Virus record (IMG/VR): IMGVR_UViG_3300000956_000002
Coordinates: 1 to 64,000 of that record
Source of the DNA: a virus
Reading direction: 5' to 3' (one strand)
Length of the DNA stretch: 64,000 nucleotides
The translations under genes and the position numbers were made by a program. Every line of letters begins with the position of its first letter. Position 1 is the first letter of the stretch. The notes under the pieces were generated by a model, which was given only the letters and a program-made list of their open reading frames with translations, did no database searches and was not told the origin of the DNA. This document shows positions 57,201 to 64,000 of the stretch, one piece after another.

Positions 57201-60200
57201 GCGGCGAGTTCCTGGCCAACCCGTTGCTGATAGATGCGGTTGGCTTCAACGATGGAGCGGCCGCGGAGATTGTTCCACGTCAGTCCATGGCTTTTCATGG
57301 CCGCCCGCTGAGTCATCGGCAGCGTGTGGACGGCGCGTTCGAACCAATCCCGCGACCATTTGTGCATCTGATCGGCGCGATTCAAGACCGACCGAGCCTG
57401 GCCGACGAGGCGCGAACCGGACTTCGAGATGGCGGATCCGATAATGGAATACGCCTGTCCCCACAACGGCGACTGGTTTTCGGGCATGATGTGCTGGAGC
57501 CCGCCGTAGTAGTTTTTGAGCAGTTCGAGGTTGTGCGCGTGATAACGGCGGGTGGGATCGTCTGCGTTCTGCGGGTTGGCCAGCCAGTTTTCGAGGAAGC
57601 CGATGGCCTTGCGTTGTTCATCCCAGCGTTGGCGGAGATGGACGACGTTGCCGTCGAGGACTTCGTGGCCGATGCCGATGGTGGCGCCGGACATGGGCAG
57701 CGGCGGGGCGCCGTTCACGCCGGGGACGACCGGGAGGGTGATGGTAGAACCCGCGTCGTCGGCGCTGCGGAGGGCTTTGCCGGGCTCAGGACTGCCGCCC
57801 CATGAGGTTTGATCGTTGAGGATTTCCTTCCGGAGCGCCTGGAATTGAGGATCGGCTTTGATCCTGGCGGCGATTCCGCCGGCATCGACGGCTGCCAACA
57901 GGGGTTCGAGTTCGGACAACATCTCTTCTTCGAGTTCTTTGAAGGCGAACTCGGCGGACATGGCGTTGCGGACCTTACGTTCGCGATCGCGCATCGCCCG
58001 GCGGACAGTGGCCACCGGGTCTTTCGAGAAGTCGTCGGCCAACTTTTTGGCCATGCCGTTGAGTTGCGCGCGCAAGCCGGTTTGCTTGGCGAGATTGGCA
58101 GCTTGGATTCTGGCCGCGAGCTTCGGTGACTTGGCGAGGATGTAACTGGCCCACTTGAGGAGATTCTGATTGTTGAGCGGTTGGCCGGTGGAACGTTTGA
58201 TGTCCTTGTAAATTTCGAGGATGGATCGTCCGCCGCCTTGGCCGGTGAATAGCGCGTTCTGCCCCTCGGGTGTTGACGACAGGGCCGTCACCATGTCGTT
58301 GAGCGTTTGTTCCATGGCGACGGTGGATTCGCTGGCCTCGCGGATGCCGCGGAGTTCGCCCTGCAACACCGCCATGTCGCGATCGGTCTTGGCTTCCTGC
58401 TTTAGCGCCGCGGTCGCTTCTTTGATGGCAGAGTCGAACACCGCTTTGGAATTCGTGAGGATGGCCTGCGCGGCTTGATTCTGCGCCGCCTTGGCTTGCA
58501 CGCGGGCGATGAAATCCTGGAAATGGCGCGAGGTCAGTTTCTTGAACGCCTTCGAACTGTCGTCGAGAACCTGCTGGAGAATTTCTTCGAACCGCAGGAT
58601 GGATTGGCCACCTTCGCCGGCAAGGCGCGCGCGACGATATGGGTCGTTGGCCAGCCGGGCTTTCATCTGTTGGTAGGTTTCGCGACCTTGAGGATTCAGT
58701 TGCTCGCCGATGTCGCGAATGCCTTTCCAGTTGCGGTAATCGAAAGCGTTTTGGACCTTCGGATCGGCGGTGTTGACGCCGAATTGATCGAGGATGTTCG
58801 TCACGTCGGCAGCCTGGGCGAGTTGCGATTCGCCTTCGATCTGCTGCTCCATGGCGGACGACGCGAGGTTGGCGGCGTTGATCGCCTCGTTGGCATCGGT
58901 GACGAATGTGCCGCGTTCAATCGCGCGCTCAAACGCCGGTTGCGCATCATACTTCTGGCGTCCTTCGAGGATGTCGCGGTAAACGCGTTCGCTGGCCGTC
59001 GGGTCTTTGAGTAAACCTTTGAGCCCTTTCCATAATTGCGCGAACCATTGTTTGATGCGGTTGATGATGCCGGGTGAGCGTTGTTCGAGAGTTTCCTGAG
59101 CCAGTCGATCGCCGAAAATCTTGGCAGCGTACTCGTCGAGGTTGATGAACGGGTAGAGGTCCATCGACCAGCCGGGCTCTCTGACGCGGAATTGGAATTC
59201 AACGCTGCTGAGTTTTCCGTCGCGGATTTCTTGAGGCGCGTTCGCCGGCATTTTGGCCAGGCGTTCAGCTTCGAGCGCGGCGCGGTCAGCTTCTGGCAAT
59301 GATTGAATGAGGATGTGAAAGATTTCGTGCGCCGCAGCATCGGGCTTTGCTCCTTCAGCCAATCGCACGAGGCTTCCCAGCATACCGCCTTTGAGCATCA
59401 CTTGCCCTTGGAACCCACCGCCAATGTAACGACGGAGTTCGAGAGTAAGCGGACCGGAGTTCAATCCGCTGGCCTGAAAGATTTCGTGCGCTCGGAGAAG
59501 GACTTTCTTCGTCTGCGGACTCAAGGCGGAGGCATTGACGAGAGTCGGGATGTTGGCATCGGTTGCTCTGCCGATTGCCACCGATGGGCCTTGCGGCGGT
59601 GGAGTATTGACAGGTTCTGTGACGAGAGTACCTTGGCTTCCTTCCGCCTTCAGGGGAGCCGTTTGGGGCGTCGATCCTCGGGGTGACGGAGCAGCAGCAC
59701 CAAACTGTTGGCTGTTGCCGTTTGCTCTCCGCATTGTTCCCTTGTCGATATTCAACACCTGTTCGGAAGTGAGCGTCTGCGTTCCAAACTTCGGGCCGTC
59801 ATCGATCGTCACCGACTGCAACATTGTCTCATCATCGGGACGCGTCTTGACGTTCGTGACTGTGAAGCGCTCGCCTTGAATCTTGAACTTATCGCCGACG
59901 GAGAGTTCATCGCTGACAATCGGCTTGGTGTTCTTGCGCTCCTTCGCGGCGACGGTTTGGAATTTGGCATCCTGAGTGGCCTGCTTTACTTCGGAATAGA
60001 AAGCCTCGCGGTCGGACTTCCGTTTCTTCGGCGCCTCGATGATTTGATTGAGCAGCGTTTCAGGATCGATCGGGCGACCAGTGTTTTGCTCAACGCCTTG
60101 CGCGGCCACGTCTGGAGCCGATGCGGTTGGACTATCGACGAACAATTTGGGCATCGCCTTTTGGGCAGCACGCCAGAGGTCCGCGTGTTCGGATTTTTCG

Positions 60201-62212
60201 CCGGGTTTGATACGGCGCAGCTTTCCGACGTAGCCTTCAATGTCGTCCACGATGTCGGGAGCGCGTTCGTATTTTGGAGCGGACGGCTTCGGTTGAACTT
60301 GTAAGTCCGGCTTACCAGTTGGTGCAACCATTTCGGTGGGTTCAACGAATTGGTTTTGAACTGCCGACGCCGATGGTTGAACCGTTGCAGTTTCTGAAAC
60401 AGTTGGCGAGACGCGGACATTAACCGTCCCATCCTCATTCGGTGACGCGTTAATTACACCCGCTTCAGCCAATTCCTGCCACGACGGCGCCTCTGGACCA
60501 AGAACCGATTTTATGTGGGCGTCGGGAATTCCAAAGTCAGCCATCGAAATATCCATGCTTCGACCTTGCATGTTGGCTTCGAGGTTTCGCCGAATCTCAG
60601 GTGATGAGAATTGATTGGGGTCGCGCGGGAAACGAATATCGAACGACTCATCTTCCGTGGCGGATGGCTGATTGATCGGCGTGCTGGCGATTGGAACGGG
60701 CTGTTGAATGACTGGAATACTTGCGCGTGCGGCTTCCTGTAATTTGGAGAGCGCTGCACGGTTTTCTTCGGCGTAGGTCCGGCGCGCCTGTGTTCTGGTC
60801 TTTTGATTGTCGCCCACATTCGGAAGGCGAAAACCAAATCGGTCGAGTTCTCCCAAGGCAGCATCGATGATGTCGAAATCTGGAAGCGTCAGATTGCCGC
60901 GTTGAATTGTCGCGATGGCGTTACCAACTTGGCTGGCCATTTCTGGCGCCAACCCTGCGGCGTTCAACTCAGCCGCTAATGTTTGTGCCGCCTGCTGACG
61001 AATCTGCTCGACGCGAGAGACGGCAATAGGTTGTTGAATTGTCTCACCGGGCTGTTCGCCTTCCACTGTTTGGAATTCGAGTTCGTCGGTCGGCAGCATG
61101 CTGGTTAAACCAAGTCCTCGAAGATTCATCCCGGATGTGTCTTGGTAGGGATAGAACGGATTCTCCGGCGCAACGCGCTCTTGGATCGGCAACGGCGGAG
61201 GTTCGCTGACGACTTCGAATTCACCGTCCATCGTCGGAGATGCCGGCGGAGGCGTTTGTAGATCGGCGCCGGTCTGAAATTGATTTTCGCCGCGATCAAC
61301 AGCCGCACGAGCCCCGGCAGTCAGAGCGCCGATTCCCGCCGCCATGCCGCCGCCCCACCCAGCGGCTTCCCACGTCTCGGCGATGATTTCGTTCAGCGGT
61401 TTGTCGGGATCGTAAGAAGCTTTGGCGACTGCGATTTGACCAAGTTGATCGAGCGCTTCTTCCCCAGCTTCTTTGAAGATTTCGCCGGAGACATTGCGCA
61501 CGATGCTGTAGATCGAACCCGGAGGCATGTTGCGCGTCACGCCTTCGCCGAGATGGCCAGGCATGAACCGCGTCAGCAATCCAGTGATGGCGCCGCTGGC
61601 CAAGGCTGGCAGTCGCGCTTTGGCCGTAGCCATATCTGGCGAGAACCCTTGCGCTTCGTACGCCTGTTCTGCGGCATCCTGAGTTGAGCCTGCACTTTGA
61701 AGGCCGCCGACGATTGCGGCGCCAACCGGTCCAGCGTATCGACCGGCCACGATGCTCGGCGCTTGCTGGGCTGCCATGCCGCCAAAGTATTCCGCGAACT
61801 CGCGTCCGATGTCTGGATTCTGGCCGCCCAACGTTTGAGAAACGTCAGCCAACTCTGCGGAACCTGCGCGTGCATTGGATTGGAGCGCACGTCCGACTGG
61901 AGTCAGGCTGATTAAATTGAATAACCCGCCAAGACCTGATTCCAAACTTCGCAAGCCTTGAGCGCCGCCCAATGCGAGGCGTTCGAGGATGGTCGATTCG
62001 TCGGGCTGCATCTCGGCTTCACGTTGCGCTTGCTGGCGGAGACGTAGCGCGGCGCCAGATTCGCGGTAGGTGTTGATTGGTCCGCTGTATTGTGGAGTTG
62101 GTTCTGGATAAGGTTCGTAATCGTAAACAACTTCCCACTCACGGGGATCGTATCCCGAAGGGAGATCAGGACCACTCACGACTTCCCATTCGTTCGGATC
62201 GTAGGCTGGCAT
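54236..62212 (-). CDS. giant (~2660 aa) internal virion/ejection-type polyvalent protein with HExxH motif
   Basis: Ala/Gly-rich helical; AAHEIFH at 59315-59329; likely start MPAYDP. Confidence 0.7.
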   Translation of the reverse strand: MPAYDPNEWEVVSGPDLPSGYDPREWEVVYDYEPYPEPTPQYSGPINTYRESGAALRLRQQAQREAEMQPDESTILERLALGGAQGLRSLESGLGGLFNLISLTPVGRALQSNARAGSAELADVSQTLGGQNPDIGREFAEYFGGMAAQQAPSIVAGRYAGPVGAAIVGGLQSAGSTQDAAEQAYEAQGFSPDMATAKARLPALASGAITGLLTRFMPGHLGEGVTRNMPPGSIYSIVRNVSGEIFKEAGEEALDQLGQIAVAKASYDPDKPLNEIIAETWEAAGWGGGMAAGIGALTAGARAAVDRGENQFQTGADLQTPPPASPTMDGEFEVVSEPPPLPIQERVAPENPFYPYQDTSGMNLRGLGLTSMLPTDELEFQTVEGEQPGETIQQPIAVSRVEQIRQQAAQTLAAELNAAGLAPEMASQVGNAIATIQRGNLTLPDFDIIDAALGELDRFGFRLPNVGDNQKTRTQARRTYAEENRAALSKLQEAARASIPVIQQPVPIASTPINQPSATEDESFDIRFPRDPNQFSSPEIRRNLEANMQGRSMDISMADFGIPDAHIKSVLGPEAPSWQELAEAGVINASPNEDGTVNVRVSPTVSETATVQPSASAVQNQFVEPTEMVAPTGKPDLQVQPKPSAPKYERAPDIVDDIEGYVGKLRRIKPGEKSEHADLWRAAQKAMPKLFVDSPTASAPDVAAQGVEQNTGRPIDPETLLNQIIEAPKKRKSDREAFYSEVKQATQDAKFQTVAAKERKNTKPIVSDELSVGDKFKIQGERFTVTNVKTRPDDETMLQSVTIDDGPKFGTQTLTSEQVLNIDKGTMRRANGNSQQFGAAAPSPRGSTPQTAPLKAEGSQGTLVTEPVNTPPPQGPSVAIGRATDANIPTLVNASALSPQTKKVLLRAHEIFQASGLNSGPLTLELRRYIGGGFQGQVMLKGGMLGSLVRLAEGAKPDAAAHEIFHILIQSLPEADRAALEAERLAKMPANAPQEIRDGKLSSVEFQFRVREPGWSMDLYPFINLDEYAAKIFGDRLAQETLEQRSPGIINRIKQWFAQLWKGLKGLLKDPTASERVYRDILEGRQKYDAQPAFERAIERGTFVTDANEAINAANLASSAMEQQIEGESQLAQAADVTNILDQFGVNTADPKVQNAFDYRNWKGIRDIGEQLNPQGRETYQQMKARLANDPYRRARLAGEGGQSILRFEEILQQVLDDSSKAFKKLTSRHFQDFIARVQAKAAQNQAAQAILTNSKAVFDSAIKEATAALKQEAKTDRDMAVLQGELRGIREASESTVAMEQTLNDMVTALSSTPEGQNALFTGQGGGRSILEIYKDIKRSTGQPLNNQNLLKWASYILAKSPKLAARIQAANLAKQTGLRAQLNGMAKKLADDFSKDPVATVRRAMRDRERKVRNAMSAEFAFKELEEEMLSELEPLLAAVDAGGIAARIKADPQFQALRKEILNDQTSWGGSPEPGKALRSADDAGSTITLPVVPGVNGAPPLPMSGATIGIGHEVLDGNVVHLRQRWDEQRKAIGFLENWLANPQNADDPTRRYHAHNLELLKNYYGGLQHIMPENQSPLWGQAYSIIGSAISKSGSRLVGQARSVLNRADQMHKWSRDWFERAVHTLPMTQRAAMKSHGLTWNNLRGRSIVEANRIYQQRVGQELAASWQRQQGGYNVGDTLSSGEVVTREDMAHLEAQSKAGFDALNLAAKFDEQITKDARGLKKTSNYRSALRTSPYLVPRMFDYSLAAQAKAVSDAVKAGDPAAIEAALNQLWPQVGASLLIDRNPEFAKRTIFDGKGGAFEVAANMMKANPNVIPTIDALANELASSSTIPPDQAKEIVLEEFGRIVSNWSNAVQEKVAAAEQGGKSGDAKNSFTQARGDALAPWTFYRTGFTTTDDVSNHAAGMQSVAVDRVVATLQAIDKDLERQESDLSAKAKELERLGKPNAKQSAIALKEVERRRGQTFDNWQNLKDRRARIQGVLNDLQNPSVSNSDFNTLFNRGAGALVGSLIGNIVTTMKNVSSIFLGRQLRAAGMDEFNTTLRSMLFTKAEAAKILASFAFVGVPKSFGYLLRGMARGVPQLLKGNAREAYLSALRDVIRELSVNVPRRLQSVRELEAAGMYQLPDKVAQFDNQILGSILYRGGIPANEFEGAAKVGGYAAGLFEATLLALANAGFPTMGDAAINGAMWNAVNSQWGPVQGMQDSLKKLYTNWMRGGLPRTFNLQDPADPVNRLSPKELGLSEQTLSQVRRTYQMAGMSFDERAAAFMAELQSNPQSAQFLTTENRQALTETLINKMNRASFSNSPLKFKDGSFLSNMVRPLYGWSLRSFADWEESMAVPTNTETGKMKLWARSMALAGLALAMTGAGGQLQDELVARMLRRALYNQESQNRLPWEEQSLGRGAAGVARLGLESVPLLGILGNLLIPANTPARASFEPTLAVWEAGKSIASWIHGMVASGDPMFGLPDMAAKFIPDSKIVINRLDSQEGRRAGANAVADIKRFATPDLIRPAYKGAVARGIDESTPWKQKMDNAAFRGDRAGFQRAAREAVQANLRMGNKDPVRAVQNYWRSRNPETRALTRRMTPIERAEMMRRAAAQPGANLATEIQQAQQNWAQAGAMIGVRQRDQNTNRVSLRAPSLSRVGRGMARY

Positions 62213-62250
62213 ACTGAGGGTCCTATACTCTGAATTGGCACTTGACGCCA

Positions 62251-62265
62251 TCCGTAAATTACGGA
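62251..62265. promoter_or_regulatory. operator palindrome TCCGTAAATTACGGA next to TTGACG
   Basis: Same motif family as 12532 and 46291. Confidence 0.65.
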
Positions 62266-62347
62266 ATAGGTTACGCGTCCGAACAATCGGTGTGGAAGCC
62301 GAGGGTAAGCGACCGGAACGGTTCAGATGAAATTTTGGGTAACTCCA

Positions 62348-62403
62348 AACCCGCTCGAAAAACGTCTTACCACGTCTTCCACCGAGCGGGTTCTCTTTTT
62401 TTT
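62348..62403 (+). terminator. terminator/attenuator hairpin
   Basis: AACCCGCTCG...CGAGCGGGTT + T8. Confidence 0.65.
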
Positions 62404-62758
62404 CCGCGTTTGGACCGTGAGCCGTGCCGCGATATAGGTTGCACGAACTCCGGCGGCCCAACTTCGGTTGGTGCTGGTGAAGGCGTCGGCGAGGACGAGA
62501 ACTCCCCGGCGTGGACGACAAGGAAAACTTCAGTCCTGTGCGGCTGGCGGGATGAGTACAGCTAAGAGTGCAGAGTAACGCCTGCATCTCCTGCCGGATT
62601 ATCGGCGTACGACGCCACAGGATTGAATTTTTCTTTGCCTTCCGACGTTGGCTTTTAAGCCTGCACTCCATTTAGGAGGGGTAGGGGTGGTTGTCTTATC
62701 GGGTTCGTTTTCTTTTGGCTTTCCCTCTCCCGCCTCTTCTGTCAGTAGCTTTAGGTGT

Positions 62759-62869
62759 ATGCCAAAAAACGACCCACCCAAAAGCGACAACACCATTTGG
62801 TTTTTTATTGGAGCCGCCTTTGCAATCGGATTCGTCCTCTACGTGATGCTCGGAGGCGGGGCAGAGTGA
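62759..62869 (+). CDS. small single-TM peptide (36 aa)
   Basis: MPKNDPP..WFFIGAAFAIGFVLYVML. Confidence 0.45.
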   Translation: MPKNDPPKSDNTIWFFIGAAFAIGFVLYVMLGGGAE

Positions 62870-62873
62870 CCGA

Positions 62874-63974
62874 TTACCAAGTCGGATCACCGTAGTAGCG
62901 CTTCATCAGTGGAACTTGGCCGATGGCATTGCCGGTCAATTCGATCAATGCGCGAGGATCGAGATAGGTGAACGGCTTAAACACAGGCTCGAAATCCTGC
63001 ATGAACCGGTTGGTGTCGAAATTCGGCTGGAGCCTCGAACCGGGGACGACTGACGCCTGAAGTGGAGGTGCGGCAGGCCCGAGGTATTCCAGTGGCGCTT
63101 CAGCCGGAGTGGGCGGCAAAGGAATTGGAGCCCGATTGTAATCCGTGCGTGTGTCAGCGAATGACGCATCCCGTGCGCTGATCATCGGCACCGGTATCTC
63201 TTGCCCTTGCGGCCCGACCTTAACCATCTGGCCAGTTTGGCGACTGCGAAGGACTCTCCATCCGTTTCCCCCTTGTTGCGGGCCACGCGGAGCGCCACTC
63301 ATCTGCGGAGGAGGCGGCGCAAAATCGCTGCCGTTACCCATGTCGATACCACCGTCGTCGTAGGATTCGTCGTAACCGCCGGTATCGTATCCAAAATTAT
63401 CAACCGGAGCCGCAGGCGGCGTGGAACTTAATCCGATCATCCGTCCTATCTTAGTGAAGAATCCTGGGTCATCTTGCGGAGAGAGCGCCGACGGATTGTC
63501 CTGCGCGTAACGATTAGCGAAACCACGGATCATAGTCATCGTCGCGGGATCAAATCTACGCGAGAACATCTGCGTCACCTGTTGAGGAGTCAAAGCCCCA
63601 GCGGCCGCAGCAGCAGCCACATCTTGATAGTATTTGCGGTCGGACTCCGATTTGAAGTTTGCCATCGAATCCTGATGGAAGCGTTCGCGTTGATCGTATC
63701 CACTTTTATTGAATCGCTCGCGTTGCTGACGATTGGCTTCCGCATTGAGCGCCTGAATCTGGCGCCATTTTTCCTGAGCAGTCAGCGTCTTGTCGGCGTG
63801 GATGCGTTGCTGTTGCTGATTGATCCAATCACGCTCGTTTCTTACCTGCGTCTCTCCAAACCGGGCTTCATCCAATTCGAACTTTAGAGGATTCAGATAA
63901 TTCGCAAGCCGTTGGCTTCGCAAATCCTCCAATCCGGACTGATACTTGAGACGTTGCCATTCGGTCGGCAACAT
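62874..63974 (-). CDS. putative internal virion protein
   Basis: Q/R-rich helical N-half, P/G-rich C-half, upstream of the giant protein; start may lie further out. Confidence 0.55.
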   Translation of the reverse strand: MLPTEWQRLKYQSGLEDLRSQRLANYLNPLKFELDEARFGETQVRNERDWINQQQQRIHADKTLTAQEKWRQIQALNAEANRQQRERFNKSGYDQRERFHQDSMANFKSESDRKYYQDVAAAAAAGALTPQQVTQMFSRRFDPATMTMIRGFANRYAQDNPSALSPQDDPGFFTKIGRMIGLSSTPPAAPVDNFGYDTGGYDESYDDGGIDMGNGSDFAPPPPQMSGAPRGPQQGGNGWRVLRSRQTGQMVKVGPQGQEIPVPMISARDASFADTRTDYNRAPIPLPPTPAEAPLEYLGPAAPPLQASVVPGSRLQPNFDTNRFMQDFEPVFKPFTYLDPRALIELTGNAIGQVPLMKRYYGDPTW

Positions 63975-64000
63975 TCGAGCCCCACGTTCTTTGGCGTCCA

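Larger units (their letters stand above)
1..64000. mobile_element. Prophage/temperate Caudoviricetes genome (partial, continues past window end)
   Basis: att-like tRNA fragment at base 1; terminase, portal, capsid-position and tailspike genes; DnaB/SSB/RusA operon; repressor switch; no host housekeeping context. Confidence 0.93.

Noticed and set aside
62213-62671. 153-aa N-terminal extension of the giant ORF
   Set aside because: Low-quality sequence covering an operator and RNA hairpins; MPAYDP at 62212 is the more plausible start

Overview
The whole window is the left ~64 kb of a temperate tailed phage (prophage). It begins at an att-like 3' fragment of tRNA-Ala(GGC) (1-50, minus strand). 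A VPDSG-CTERM-type protein and the style of the DnaB and cadherin-like domains suggest a Verrucomicrobiota/PVC host (inference). Modules in order: early/anti-defence genes (ArdA); an accessory region (PAPS-reductase family, DUF1643); terminase divergent from portal, scaffold and capsid; a tail/receptor-binding region; a putative lysis cassette; a leftward replication/recombination operon (DnaB, initiator, C5-MTase, RusA-like, SSB, PD-(D/E)XK nuclease, AAA ATPase, Xis-like, DUF2303); an HTH/RHH switch; a 7-gene glycosyltransferase/methyltransferase cassette; Dam; and giant internal-virion proteins. No integrase, tape measure or endolysin is recognisable in the window. Most unusual signals: (i) two adjacent dual-frame genes, a RusA-like resolvase and a C5-MTase, whose motifs are split between overlapping reading frames; (ii) a 151-nt tRNA-like structure with Ala identity elements embedded in frame between an FtsK-gamma domain and a GT-A-like domain at the head of the glycan cassette; (iii) C4-like antisense/attenuator leaders with different pairing codes, mostly ahead of HNH genes, plus a genome-wide TCCGTA-N3-TACGGA operator network; (iv) tail-module genes with Sec signal peptides, and an adaptor-position protein fused to a metallophosphoesterase. 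All calls come from reading motifs by eye; no searches were run.
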